A DNA stretch of 64,000 bases, taken from assembly GCA_963713605.1 (NCBI GenBank), contig CAVQMO010000001.1, forward strand, positions 1,088,001 through 1,152,000, written 5' to 3'. Of this stretch, positions 11,186 to 23,797 are shown in pieces (position 1 is the stretch's first letter; every line of letters starts with the position of its first letter). The notes below the pieces were generated by a model. The model worked only from the letters and a program-made list of their open reading frames with translations. It had not been told where the DNA came from and did no database searches. The translations under genes and the position numbers were made by a program. The stretch comes from an uncultured Nitrososphaerales archaeon. GTDB taxonomy: Archaea > Thermoproteota > Nitrososphaeria > Nitrososphaerales > Nitrososphaeraceae.

Positions 11186-12100
11186 ATGTTAAGAAACAAG
11201 TTATTATGTAAGAATCATACAGATTACGAATTCACGATAACTGATCCCGATTCAGGTGAGACAATATGCACCAGTTGCGGAGTTGTTCTCGCAGATAGAG
11301 TGTCTCAGCAAAATGTCCAAGAACGCCGATCATTTGATGCATTACAGGACCGGGAGAGGAGCAGAGTAGGAATGCCAAGCACTCTAGCCAGACATGATAA
11401 AGGGCTGTATACCGTCATTGGCAAACCGAATAAGGACGCCAGCGGTCAGGCTATAGACAATTCCATGCGAGTCATGATGGAAAGATTAAGGACATGGGAT
11501 TATAGATTGCAAGCACGGTCTGCAACCGATAGGAATCTTAAAAGTGCCTTTGTGAAGCTTGAAGCAATGAAGGGAAAGCTATCTTTACCTCACGCCACGA
11601 TCGAAAAAGCCGCCTATATTTATAGGAAAGTTCAAGAAAAGGGAATGATAAAAGGCAGAACTATAAATGCTGCATTGGGTGCGTCGATTTACATTGCGTG
11701 TAGAGAGGCTAGCATTACAAGGACTTTGAATGACATAGCAGTCATTAGTAATACCTCATACAAAGAGCTAGCCCGCACATACAGACTGATAGTGTTGAAT
11801 TTGGATCTAAAAGTACCTATGATTGACCCAATTAAGTGTGTAGCAAAACTTGCCAACAAATTAGGAGTAAGTGAAATTACAAAGAGATACGCCATCGATT
11901 ATATGCGTGTAATCTCAAAAAGCGGAGTTTCGGCAGGAAAAGACCCTATGGGATTGGCAGGAGCTGTTATTTATCTTTCATGTAGAAATCACGACCAACC
12001 GAGGACTCAAATTGAGGTGGCCAATGCAGGAGGTGTAACGGAAGTAACACTGAGGAATAGAACCAAAGAGTTGTCTATTAAGATCCCTCAGCTCAACTAA
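11186..12100 (+). CDS. tfb: Transcription initiation factor IIB (TFB)
   Basis: N-terminal Zn ribbon (CKNH...GETICTSCG), RSRVG B-reader region, two cyclin repeats (GRTINA, GKDPMGLAGA) and the VTEVTLRNR HTH. Confidence 0.95.
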   Translation: MLRNKLLCKNHTDYEFTITDPDSGETICTSCGVVLADRVSQQNVQERRSFDALQDRERSRVGMPSTLARHDKGLYTVIGKPNKDASGQAIDNSMRVMMERLRTWDYRLQARSATDRNLKSAFVKLEAMKGKLSLPHATIEKAAYIYRKVQEKGMIKGRTINAALGASIYIACREASITRTLNDIAVISNTSYKELARTYRLIVLNLDLKVPMIDPIKCVAKLANKLGVSEITKRYAIDYMRVISKSGVSAGKDPMGLAGAVIYLSCRNHDQPRTQIEVANAGGVTEVTLRNRTKELSIKIPQLN

Positions 12101-12290
12101 CCAGTAATCCCGATTTGGTATTCCTATTACCATCTGGGTCTGGAGTCAACTAAAACCGGCAATATAAAACGGGGGTTATCCTCAACATATCGGCGACTTG
12201 GTCATCTTGAGGCGATATCACACATTTTGTAAGTTGTAAACCCGATATAAAAATAATTTCCAAAAAATGTATAAGTAGTTAGGTAAAAGA

Positions 12291-14502
12291 GTGTCTGTGC
12301 AGCCTGATATATTTTCACTGAAGATACTCGAAGCTTATACTAGAGACGTTGGCAGAGGAGTAGCACGTATTGATTATGACTCAATGGATTCACTCACCGC
12401 CTCAACAGGAGATGTAATCGAAATTAGGGGCGGAGAAAAGAGTAAGAGTCATAAGAGAACGGTTGCGAAGTGTTTGCCGCTATACCCTTCTGATGAAGGT
12501 AAGGGAATAATTCGTGTTGATGGTCTTGTACGAAATAATGCTGGTGTTGCTATAGGCGATACAGTAGTTGTAAGAAAGATAAAAGCAGTTCCAGCTGAAA
12601 AGGTAATTGTAGCACCGCTTGAAGCAATTCCACCTATTGATGAAAGGTATCTTGCAGATGCACTTGAAAGTGTACTTCTGATCAAAGGTGATAATGTCAT
12701 GGTTCCATATTTTGGTGGAAGACTTACTTTCCAAGTTATCGGGGTAAACCCTACTTCAAGTTCAAGTGAAGCTTCAATAGTAACTCAGAAAACCATGTTC
12801 ACAATTACGACCACTGATCATGCTTTGGCAGATAGAGTCGGACAGACTATCGCCTACGAGGATATAGGTGGCTTGAGGGACGAGATTCAAAAAGTACGTG
12901 AGATGATTGAGCTTCCTTTAAGACATCCAGAGATATTCGAGAAATTGGGAATTGAAGCTCCTAAAGGTGTGCTTCTATTTGGACCTCCTGGAACTGGTAA
13001 GACATTATTGGCAAAAGCTGTCGCGAATGAAAGTAACTCACATTTTATCAGTATATCAGGACCTGAAATAATGAGTAAATTCTATGGAGAATCTGAAGCA
13101 CGTTTAAGGGAGATCTTTAAGGAGGCAAGAGAGAAGGCACCTTCGATAATTTTCATTGATGAGATAGATTCAATCGCACCAAAGAGAGAAGAGGTAACTG
13201 GTGAGGTGGAACGACGAGTTGTATCTCAATTACTTTCATTGATGGATGGTTTAGAAGCTAGAGGAAAAGTTATAGTCATTGCTGCAACCAATAGACCAAA
13301 TGCCTTAGATCCAGCATTACGCAGACCAGGCAGATTTGACAGAGAAATTGAGATCAAAGTTCCTGATAAACGAGGTAGACTAGAGATATTACAGATTCAT
13401 GCCCGTAATATGCCTCTGGAAACTGATGTAGATCAAGATAAGATTGCTGCTGTAACTCACGGATTTGTAGGTGCAGATTTAGAATATCTGTGTAAAGAAG
13501 CTGCTATGAAGTGTTTGAGAAGGCTTCTACCTGAACTCAATATGGAGGATGAAAAACTTGCTCCCGAAACACTGGAAAAGCTCGTGATAAACATGAATGA
13601 TTTTGACTATGCTACAAGGGAGATAACCCCGTCTGCCATGAGAGAAGTCTACGTAGAACCTCCGGATGTTAAATGGGAGGATATTGGTGGACTAGACAAT
13701 GTCAAAAGGGAATTGCAAGAAGCTGTAGAATGGCCAATGCGATTTCCAGAAATGTACAAGCAGCTGGGACACGAGGTTCCTAAAGGAATACTTCTACACG
13801 GACCTTCAGGCACCGGAAAAACACTATTGGCGAAGGCAGTAGCCACTGAATCAGAGGCGAATTTCATCAGTGTTAAAGGTCCAGAATTAATGTCAAGATG
13901 GGTAGGCGAGTCTGAGAAAGGCATACGAGACATATTTAGGAAGGCAAGACAGGCGAGCACCTTGTGTTATATTCTTCGACGAGATAGATTCTATTGCACC
14001 TGTCAGAGGTTTAGAAGGTGTAGGGTACGCGAGTACGGAGAGAATGGTCTCACAATTACTTACAGAGATGGACGGCGTACAGGAAATTCATGACGTTGTA
14101 ATTATCGCGGCCACAAATAGAGTGGATATGATTGATCCTGCACTCTTACGGCCAGGGAGATTCGACAGAATTGTGTTCATATCAAATCCAGATAAATTCA
14201 CCAGGAAAAAAATCCTTGAGATAAATACCAAAGGCAAGCCAATAGGGCAGGACGTAGACCTAGAGAAGATTGCGACCATCACTGAAGGCTTTAGCGGCGC
14301 CGACATGGCGGCAATAGGCAACACCGCAATATCGCTGGTTCTCCACAATTATCTTCAAAAGTATCCAACACCAGAAGAGGCTCTCAAACATTCATCAGAA
14401 GCTCTTGTATCTATGCATCATTTTGAGGAAGCCACTAAGAAGGTTCGAAACCAGAAGGAAATGAAACCAGAGGAGAAACCAAATCTTTCACAGTACAGGT
14501 GA
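12291..14502 (+). CDS. cdc48: CDC48/VCP family AAA+ ATPase; 1-nt frameshift at ~13955 (likely sequencing error)
   Basis: N-domain [11 protein letters not shown] and two Walker A motifs ([16 protein letters not shown]). Removing one base restores [13 protein letters not shown] and joins to ORF 14044-14502. Confidence 0.95.
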
Positions 14503-14514
14503 TCAATAAACATA

Positions 14515-14552
14515 CTTTTCTTTTTCCCGTAAGCAATTTATTATATTTTTTT
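14515..14552 (+). terminator. Oligo-T archaeal terminator-like tract after cdc48
   Basis: T-runs (cttttctttttc...tttttttt) just downstream of the stop codon. Confidence 0.4.
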
Positions 14553-14863
14553 AATTATCTTGATGAGTTGAACTTCAGAGTTTGCATAGTGCTTTCGGAA
14601 TGTCAGCAACTTCTCTAAATGGTAGGATGTCGTTTCTCTATCAAGGCTTGAGTAATAAACTACAAATTGTGCAAGTTGTGCAATCGATAACTTGGCTGTA
14701 TAAAAATGGATGGAACGGCGCGAATGGGATAAGTTTGTAAATTTGCAGCCAGACTAGATGAGACCCGGAATATTCCTATTTCAAGAGCATTTAGAAAAAA
14801 TACAGGCAGTCCGGAGAAAGACCCTGTTTTGATAACTACACTTGGTTCTTTTCTAAAGATTGG

Positions 14864-15648
14864 CTACTTCTCTTTTGGTTTACGGCTATAGCTTCTCAAA
14901 GTTTCTACGACCCACTTCACGTCTTCTTTAGTCTTTGCTAAATTGGCAATCTTTACGCAATCCCTAATATCTCTAGACTTCAATTTTGTCCATACCACGT
15001 CAGCAACTTCCGCTGCTATATCTTCGGCAATTCCTTCACCGTGACACAACAGATGGATAGTGACTTCTTTGAAGCTACCGTATTTGTACGGTTTAAAGTA
15101 TAACACTAAAAATCTGGAGAGAAGTGGTGTAAGCATTCTCTCAGTAGCATTACTTGTGGCAAAGACCCAGGTCTTTAACTGTGTATTGCGAGCCTTCTGG
15201 AACTTGGTCTCAGCGATTATTCCTGTTTCCATAAGGCTGAGTAGAGCTGTTTGGTCCTTCAAAGGCATATGTTCGATTTCATCAATAATAAGGTACCTTG
15301 GACGTTTCTCAAACAGGTATTCTATCATGCCAGATTTAGTGCTATGACTTCCAAGCGTAAAGTAGGATCTTCAAGCTTCATACATTCTAACATAAAGAGG
15401 GTTTTTGCGGAAGCAGGAGGCCCCACCAGGAGAATATGTACTGGTCTCTCCTTAGAATATAGTGACAAATGGAACAATTTTTTTATGTCTTCATAACCCA
15501 CGATATTAGAAAAAAGCTCTTCCCCACCTTGAAACTGAGAGATCGTATCACCATCGACTGGTTCTGCCGCTTTATTATTTAGGGATACCACATTTTTTTC
15601 GTCACTTGAGTACACTCGACTATTGACGGCACTTTCGGATGCGTGCAT
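14864..15648 (-). CDS. Single-domain AAA+ ATPase; 1-nt deletion at ~15370
   Basis: IVGYEDIK, Walker A-like GPPASAKT and Walker B IIDEIE. Adding one A restores MKLERSYFTLGSHSTKSGMIEYLFE. Confidence 0.85.
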
Positions 15649-15847
15649 GCAAAGTAACTACTCTCATCGGTAATAAAGACATTTGAGCCAAATAATGGTG
15701 TCAATTTACTTGATAAATGTAGACAGGTGTAATGAATGACTTTGTAAGCTTTTCTTCTTTAAGCAGTAATTCGGAAAAATAAATGGTAACGCAACTGATA
15801 TCGCAACTCATACTGTAAATGTAAAGTTTCTTGTTGTACTTACCTTG

Positions 15848-16623
15848 TTATCTTTCTATTTTCAATGTATTGTAAAATCTGTTGTACCAATAAAAAGCTC
15901 CAATCAAAATAACTTAATCAGTCATGAAAAATAGATCCCATATCCACATCTCTTTGGTGCTGCCCTCTAGAAAGTGATGCACAAACCCGTCGTCAGCAAT
16001 CGCATTAATTAGAAGAGATAACTCTGATGGTCTAGGATAGGGTATGTTATTGAAAGGATTAAATCAATTAGGCCTGTTTTAGTCTCGCCTATCATTCTCC
16101 CTTCTTCATTCTCGTAAAAACCCCATGGAAGAATCAAATTATAAGCCACTACTGACCCGGAGACAACAATGACCGTAACAACGCTAAACGTATGAACCTG
16201 ATTGCGTCTCACAAGTCTGAGAGCAGTGAAGAGATGTAATGAAAAGAATACATAGCCGACTATCCAACATGGATCCGCAACAGACACAACTAACGACTGT
16301 TCTTCCTCCTTGTGTTGAACAAAATGACCGTACGCCAGTGACAAGTCTGCTATTAACCAGAACAAAATTCCCAGTGTGAGATATAGCAACGATTGACCGT
16401 GTGTACCAGTGATGCGATATCGATATATTGTAACGAAACCGTATATGGTTGCTAGACAGGCAGTAATGTTGAGAGCGGCAACCGTAGTCGAATAATGTTG
16501 ACTCGGAAAATGTAAAACAATGTTTATTATCAGCACATTAACAATGATGACGATTATTCCCATCGCGACGCAAAACCTAACTACTAGTTTTTGAAGTAAT
16601 TGAGGAGAAGCGTTATCATGCAT
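15848..16623 (-). pseudogene. Multi-pass membrane (sensor-type) protein, probably disrupted
   Basis: ORF breaks after YPILD. Another frame continues SLLINAIADDGFVHHF...WIWDLFFMTD*VILIGAFYWYNRF with an in-frame TAA, so it carries both a frameshift and a nonsense codon. Confidence 0.6.
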
Positions 16624-17389
16624 CGGGTACTTTGTCGCTTTGCTCCTCTAAATATAAACCAAACGTTATAGTGAGTTTTCCAAACAGAGGACAAATGACA
16701 GCTTGATTCAGTCGACCCCATTTTAAGATGCAACTTCCATATTTTCACTCAAATCACATTGAAGATAGTTTTTCTTTGATGCAGAGTAGGAAAAATGTCG
16801 AATACTCTGATAATAGTATTAACTACCGAAAATCAATATACAATTGTATAAACCTGTATACAATCAGTCAATCTTTGACCTACATACAGAATCCATATCC
16901 TCTTATTTCCTCCACATTGGTTTCCAGCCAGTACCTTTTCAGATTATTTAGTGCGATCGCAAAGAATTCACATGAACCGAACAGTAAGGTAAGTTACATC
17001 TATATTTCTTAGGAAGTAAGAAGATTAAGTATGAAGAATTGGTCGTCGTCTGGATGCAGTGGGCAATTTACAGATCCCAACTTAGAATATAGATTTTATG
17101 AATACCGGATTACCAGCAAACGATTGATACCATCACAGATATTATACCTCAAAAACTCATAATAATCACGTCCGTGCGACACGCCTCGAAATGAAAGAAG
17201 AACACAGCTTACGCACACACAGGAGCAAGCTATACATTTTGCTAGCAGGGGGTTCAAATTATCAATTCATATTCCTTATGTTTGCATTGTATTACCTTGT
17301 TTCGCTAAGATTTAAGCTTGGCTTAATTTCATGGTACATCGATGAATATTCTGTTCAAGAATATATTACGAGTCATGAGGAATTAGTCT

Positions 17390-17885
17390 ATGAGTTTCAC
17401 AGGCAACCACAGAATTCAAGATCCAAGAGTATTCCGGGTCATTTCATTTGTTTCACTTGGTCTAGTCTTTGCCGTTATTATTATTGGTGCTTTTCTGAGC
17501 GCGCGGGGTCAAGGACTTTCGTGTTCAGATTGGCCGTTGTGTCCAACTGGATTCAGTCTGTCACCTGAAGGAGAGTACTTCATAGAATACGTTCACAGGA
17601 TTGTTGCAGTGATCACTGCTGTATTCGTTTACGTCACCGCCTGCTACGCAATCAAAAGAGTGGCCAGGGCTAGAAGGGGCTGCTATCGCTACCGCCGTGG
17701 CAGTTTCGTTTCAAATTGCAATTGGCATGCTAGTTGTATTTTCAGAACTACAACCAATAATAGTCGCTATTCATACGGGAGTGGGTGTCATCTCTTTAGC
17801 ATCGGCTTTACTGACGTTTATCTTATCCTTCCCAGCCTTCACAGGTCATCCAGTCTCAAATAAAGCATCATCTGAAGTAAATTGA
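17390..17885 (+). CDS. COX15/CtaA family (heme A synthase-like) half-size membrane protein; 1-nt insertion at ~17677
   Basis: GLSCSDWPLC, EYVHR and a later IHTG motif. Removing one G restores RARRAAIATAVAVSFQ. Confidence 0.85.
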
Positions 17886-18133
17886 GGCAAATGTGATTGA
17901 TAGTGGCTTTTTGGATGGTACCCATGAACGTTAAAGATAGTTACTTCTTAACTCCAAGACGTAATTCAAAAATAACTTACTACATATGTGATATATCCTC
18001 AACCGTTAAACAGGTTTGTCGTTATATTCAAAAGGACTACCTACCGAATAGGATCTACAATTCTTGCGCTCAAAGGTTGATTCATGAAAACCGAGGATAA
18101 GGCCATCAAAAGGGCAGCAAAGATACATTTGAA

Positions 18134-18802
18134 TCAGATTTTTGTCCCTCCCAACTGACTATTGTCCTCACCGCTATGATCATTTACTGTCCATGGGAAC
18201 CGCTTACCGATTATTGAACTCCAATCGAGCCTTGTCACGAAGTAAATGAGGCATCCTACTAACGATATACTAACTATTGCGAATAAGGCCAAGTACAGAG
18301 GATCGGTAGTTCTTTTTAGTAATTGCTGGGCCAGTGGCATTCCCCAAAGTAGGAGTATCCATACCACTGCCAAATTGACTATGAGCTTTCCAAGGAAAGT
18401 TGTCACAACAAATTTCCATGGAGTAAATTTGGAGATACCAAGGAGAATAATAATAATATCATCAGGTGGAAATGGGGTTAACGCTGCTACAAACGAGCCT
18501 AATGAACCATATTTTGCGAGCAATAATTGCAATGGGGTCATCCTAGTCAATGTCTTCTTCTTGATAAGGCTCCTGCCGTGATAGCTGGCCAAAAAAATCG
18601 TTGTTCGTCCTAAGGTTACCCCGATGGCAGTAACTAATGCAAGCAAGTTCGGATCGAATCTACCGCTCAGCAGCGCGATAATCAACACAGGTATATAAGG
18701 GATCGGTACGAAGACGATTAGGCTTATGAGTGACGTTACTATCAAAACTCCAACATAACCTAGACTGCTACCTATCGAGAACATCTCCTCAAAAAGAGTC
18801 AT
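18134..18802 (-). CDS. DedA/VTT (SNARE-associated) family membrane protein
   Basis: VFVPIPY, GVTLGRTTIFLASYHGR, ALTPFPPDD and FLGKL motifs. Confidence 0.85.
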   Translation of the reverse strand: MTLFEEMFSIGSSLGYVGVLIVTSLISLIVFVPIPYIPVLIIALLSGRFDPNLLALVTAIGVTLGRTTIFLASYHGRSLIKKKTLTRMTPLQLLLAKYGSLGSFVAALTPFPPDDIIIILLGISKFTPWKFVVTTFLGKLIVNLAVVWILLLWGMPLAQQLLKRTTDPLYLALFAIVSISLVGCLIYFVTRLDWSSIIGKRFPWTVNDHSGEDNSQLGGTKI

Positions 18803-19076
18803 TAGCGAAACTATTCGAATTAAGCGGCTAGTTCAATATTTATGAATCGGATATTTGCTCTATGTTCTAATTGCAGATTTTTTGATCCGAATTCAAATGG
18901 TCTCACTCTTTCCTAAACTTAAGACATCTGAGACACTTAGTATCAAGTATATAGATACCAAATAAGTGATATAAGAAGTTGTAGCTATTTGGATATTTAT
19001 TGGCCAGTAACGAAGATATCCTTATTCGGAAGCCACGCGTCAGGTTAATTCCCTATAAAATGATAGCAGTTGATCT

Positions 19077-19481
19077 CTACCTGGATTTGGTTACTTGAAT
19101 ATCACCCTCGTTTGCAGTGACTGTTACCTTAGAGAAATTCAATTCTGTGCTCCCAGGGGGCGTAATCATGACGGATGCGAATGGTCCCATGGTCCCAATT
19201 TGTTGAATTTGATCTCGATCACCAAATTGCACAGATACATTCTTGAGGGTATCAAAATTGTTATTTGATATCCTGACACTTACTGTTTGCATAGTTCCCA
19301 TCACTTCACTACGCTCAACAATTTCTACATTCAATCCTGACCTTGGGATATAGACTGACAGTACCACTACTCCTACAATAACAAAGCCTGCGATTATGAT
19401 GTATTTTATAATTTTTACGTAGTTCCTCTTTCTGGAAAATCCTTCGTCGTCGGCGAAACGGTTATTCTCCCATCTTCCCAT
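19077..19481 (-). CDS. Membrane-anchored hypothetical protein
   Basis: 134-aa ORF with one TM helix followed by a beta-rich domain. Confidence 0.7.
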   Translation of the reverse strand: MGRWENNRFADDEGFSRKRNYVKIIKYIIIAGFVIVGVVVLSVYIPRSGLNVEIVERSEVMGTMQTVSVRISNNNFDTLKNVSVQFGDRDQIQQIGTMGPFASVMITPPGSTELNFSKVTVTANEGDIQVTKSR

Positions 19482-20182
19482 GAAGAAGAATATACATTTT
19501 AGTGTTATATTGTTATGGATTCTTATTGCATTTCTTGATTAGAACCAAACGATTCAGATATGCTTGTACAATGTAGAAGGAAAAGGTAAGTCAACTAAAA
19601 TATCAAAGCGTGTCAAATGGTTAGTAGATTGGGTAAGGGGAACTGAAATACTTTTATCATCATTAACTTTCCTTATCGCTATTCGGTTCTAATGGAAAAA
19701 GTTTTCGCATATTAAAGGAAGGGGACACGAATGCCAAATGACAGGTCAGCACATAGTCGAGTTCGATTCAGTCTGAGTTGACCAATATTTAGGTTATTTA
19801 TTGCCGGAGTTCAAAGTTAACGCCTTGGATTACTGCTACAAGGCATTATTTGAGTAATAACAAGACTCTTATCATGATTCTCGCAAGGAGAAGATTAAAG
19901 GACCAGTAGCAAGCAAATATTTTCACTAAAGCTCAAACGTGAACCGGTTATCACTATTAGTAGTTCATTATTAGTAGTCATTATACGTACAAATAATCTA
20001 GCAAAGAATTAATACTAAAATTCTAATATCTTTTTTAAGAGGCTAAAGGTTGATTATATTGAGAGTTCAATATCTAAAATATGTTCGTCAATCCTATTCT
20101 AGCATAACCATTACCTAGTGAGAAGTTGACTCGATATCTTTCTCAATTCAGATAAATCAATATTGGACATCTATTTATAATT

Positions 20183-20410
20183 ATGACAAGCCTCAGAATT
20201 TTAACTGTAACTATAGCATTGACAGGGCTGATCATTGGATCACTATTCATCGGTCAGGGTAACTCCTATGGAAAGGATTACCAAAAAAAATCCCTTGCTG
20301 TTTCACAGGCCAATTACTGCGGACAGGGAGAGGTCGGGATGAGTGTTCAATGCACTAATACTGTATCACAGACTCAAGGAAATGAAAACGGAGTAGCGGT
20401 AACAGACTAG
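20183..20410 (+). CDS. Small secreted two-Cys protein (SQANxCG...C...SQxQGxEN family)
   Basis: Signal peptide plus SQANYCGQGEVGMSVQCTNTVSQTQGNENGV. Paralogs lie at ~55.4 kb and ~60.7 kb. Confidence 0.75.
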   Translation: MTSLRILTVTIALTGLIIGSLFIGQGNSYGKDYQKKSLAVSQANYCGQGEVGMSVQCTNTVSQTQGNENGVAVTD

Positions 20411-20609
20411 GAATTATTTTTGAATTTCATTACCTACTCTGAATCCTTTAACTTTATTGAAGGATATTTCCTTCTAAAGATTCTTTCGTTGCCATAGCAT
20501 AGGATTCAAGTAGTATTGAGAATATGGGTTGCCGGCTGTTAAAAACAAAAATACGATGAACAGGAGCTGGTCGTCTTCTGATTGTCAACTTGAAGCAATA
20601 ATCATGATC

Positions 20610-22456
20610 TCACCTCCTAAAAAGAGGGTTACAAACGAATGGACCTAGTGTTTCTGTGAGCGATCATACAAGTCACTGAAGAAATCATCCTGACGATCAA
20701 TTGGTGGTTGTGTGGGAAAATTGTTACCATTGCCAGGTTGCAACTTTCCAAGTTCAGTCGACCCTACAATGACAGGGATTTTTAGGGGTTGACCATTACG
20801 CACTAAAATAACTTGGATAGTGTCGCCTATGCTCTTGTTCCTGATGAATTCATCGAAGGCATCAACATTAGGTATCATTGTATCGTCAATTCTTACAATT
20901 ACGTCTCCTCCTATCTCAACTGGGGTGCCACCTATATCTGCAAGAATAAATCCACCTCTAATCCCAGCTCTCTCAGCCGGTCCGTCTGCAAATACATCAA
21001 CCACAAGGACACCTTCTCGCCCACCATGTTGATCGTCAATTGATAGTTGTTCTTGTTCTTGTTGTTGTTGTTGTTGTTGTTGCGAACCTGTTAGGTTCAT
21101 TCTTGCCGCTATTTGTTCAGTCATGTTTATTGTATTGATGCCAAGGGTGGGATGCTGCTGTTGGCTCTGCTCAGTTTCTAGCAGTCGTTGTGTTGGTCTT
21201 TCTGCGACTGTCATGTTAATTTCTTGGATTTTTCCATCTCTTAACACACTAAGTATCACAGCATCACCTACAGATCTTTCTGATTGAAGGTACGAAAGTA
21301 GATCTTCAATCTTTCTGACGGTGACGTTTTCTACAGCAACAATTACATCCCCTCCTAATTCGATTTGTCTTCCATTAATATCCTTCAACACTCCTCCGCC
21401 TCTAATACCAGATCTTTCTGCTGGGCTTCCTGATGTAACCTCAGTAACCAAGAATCCTCTAGAATCATTCAAATCCATCTCACGCGCGATTTCTGGAGAC
21501 ATGTCTACGCCAGCTATTCCTATATACGGATGTCTATATATTCCAGTGGATATTAGCTCCGGTACTACTTTCCTAATAATATTTGATGGGATAGCAGATC
21601 CAACTCCTGCATATACCCCAACATTTGAGAAAATTTCTGTATTCATTCCAATAACTTCCCCTGCAATGTTAAGCAGTGGCCCACCGGAGTTGCCGGGAGT
21701 TATAGCAGCATCAGTTTGAACTAAGTTCGGTATCAAAAATAATGGAGTATCTTGTTGACGTAATAGAAGATCACCTTGAGGAACAGAGGATGGGAGGATT
21801 CTTCCAAAGCCACTCACTATCCCCTCGGTCATCGATCCCGAGAGTCCAAAGGGATTTCCTACCGCTAGCACAGGTTGTCCAATTCTGAGTTCGGATGAAT
21901 TACCTAGAGGTAATGGTATGAGGCTCTTTCCAGTTATGTTCTCTATTTTCATGACAGCCAACTCGGAGTAAAGATCTGCACCAATGACTCTGCCAATATA
22001 TGTCGTACCGTCTAGGAAAGTTATATGAAAATCTCTATCGCTTAGGTTTATTTCTTGGCTTTCCTGTGGATCAGCAACCACGTTGTAATTAGTGACAACA
22101 TGACCCAGATTATTATAGATAAAGCCGGAACCTTGTCTTGACCCAATAGAGGTGGCGGAAGCTTCGCTTATTTGAACTACTGATTGATCGACATCATTGA
22201 ACAATGTAGTGAGATTGCGTTCCATATTTGGATATGTTAACCTAGGTAGCTCTTGATCATTGGAGGAGACAATAGAGTTATTTGGTGACTCTAATTGGGC
22301 ATTTAGTTCAAAGGGACAGAATGTTACTAAGAAAATGAAGAAAATGACAACAGGGAGTAAACATAATCCAAATTGTTCGCATAATTTCATACGGTCACGT
22401 ATGAAATGCCTCTTTAAATGCGTTTTGGGTAGATTCGATTCCCATGTTTTTATCAT
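20610..22456 (-). CDS. HtrA/DegP-like trypsin-fold protein with two PDZ domains and a degenerate catalytic triad; 1-nt deletion near 20658
   Basis: GSGF, TNYNVV, GNPFG and QTDAAITPGNSGG, two GGDVIV PDZ domains and a polyQ linker. The repaired C-terminus is DRCTETLGPFVCNPLFRR*. Confidence 0.88.
21058..21082 (-). repeat. (CAA)n microsatellite encoding polyQ between the PDZ domains
   Basis: (ttg)n run on the + strand. Confidence 0.8.
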
Positions 22457-22764
22457 TTCGATTTGCCTTATAGTGACCTTTGTGCCACTTGGTGGCTAAA
22501 TACACATTTCCGAAGGCCAGGTATAGCCATTAGTAACGACAGTAATAATAATTCAGATATCAATTTAGAAGAACCTTGAAATTTAATAAATCCTAATTAT
22601 TAAATATCTACTGCATGGATTCTTATATCTTCACACGGCTCTGGTGTATATTACATGTCTTATATTTTTGCCTGAGGCATATGAATCGAGGCAATATAAC
22701 AAGCAATTAAAATCCTAAAAAAAACAGGGACGGTTTCCCGGTCTTTTAATTCCTGCTTTTGAAT

Positions 22765-23286
22765 CTATGAAACAGGAATTAAACTTGAATACTGCGCATG
22801 TACTTCGAGTCCTAAGGAGTCGGAGCTATCATCCTTACCCTCTACTATCCAGACATGTGGATCGTTGGGGTAGGGTCAGTCTGATTCGACAGTCACATCT
22901 GGGAAGCTACCTTGAAAACCCACATACTCGTAACACCTCCAGTAGAGTTTGTTCCTTCTGGACATATTGCAGCGTTCTCTTTTGTCTCTCCTGCCTCCGA
23001 ACTACTACAGTTTACCCATTGTTCTTGGGGAATACTACCACTCTTGGCCTGTTGGTCTTGCCGGTCCTTGAGGCTCTGGAGGACCTGGAGGGCAAACTCA
23101 TATGCAAATGCCATTTGGAAAAACCAGTGTTGCTTCGACCGTGTGGTCATCTTCAAGTCCTCGGCTCCCTGTCATCATCGGCATCGACTGTTTCTGATAC
23201 GTTGAAGTTTTGGACTTTGAAATGAAACCAGAAACGCTCCCATTGCTAATAATACTACAGCTAAACTCATACACGATATTTGCATC
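22765..23286 (-). pseudogene. Degraded secreted protein with a short Gly-Pro-rich segment
   Basis: Signal-like N-terminus, CPPGP-like and AICPEGT...TGG fragments spread across several frames with stops. Confidence 0.35.
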
Positions 23287-23797
23287 GTGTCATATATTTC
23301 ACCTAAAAATTCTGTTCCAGGTTAATATGGAATAGGAAGATTTCAATCCTCCTTAAATCTTATATCTTTTCTATATCTTTAACCCAAAAATGGTAAAAGA
23401 ATATAATCATTACATTTATTTGGGTTTCTTTTATCTAAATGACATATTTAAGGATCAAAACCAAATCAAACTGATACCAAAATAAGTCCTATTAACTTAG
23501 GCTATAGTCAATTTGGCAACATGCCATTTTTAAATCTGTAGTATGGATTACGGAAGATACTAAAAGTGTAAAGATAAAAATGAGTCGATCCCCAATTGAA
23601 GACAACTAGGATACATCCTGTTCATGAAGCGTTTTTTTTGAGTAAGTGATATCTATAAACATTTTCTGTACTAGTGATAGCGAAAGTATATGGATATTTT
23701 ATTAGCACATGCTAAAGCATAGATTCTTTACTAGAGACTAGTATTGTAACATTAAATGTTAAGGTTATTATAATCACTTGGGTAAAGATTTCCAACG

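Noticed and set aside
13940..14093. cdc48 split as a second intron or a real pseudogene
   Set aside because: A single extra base at a GCWGC site explains it, with no extra sequence or BHB structure. The breaks at ~9305, ~15370, ~17677 and ~44457 are likewise 1-nt indels.
16728..17568. ORFs 16728-17012 and 17191-17568
   Set aside because: Composition looks non-coding, and the second overlaps the ctaA-like gene out of frame.
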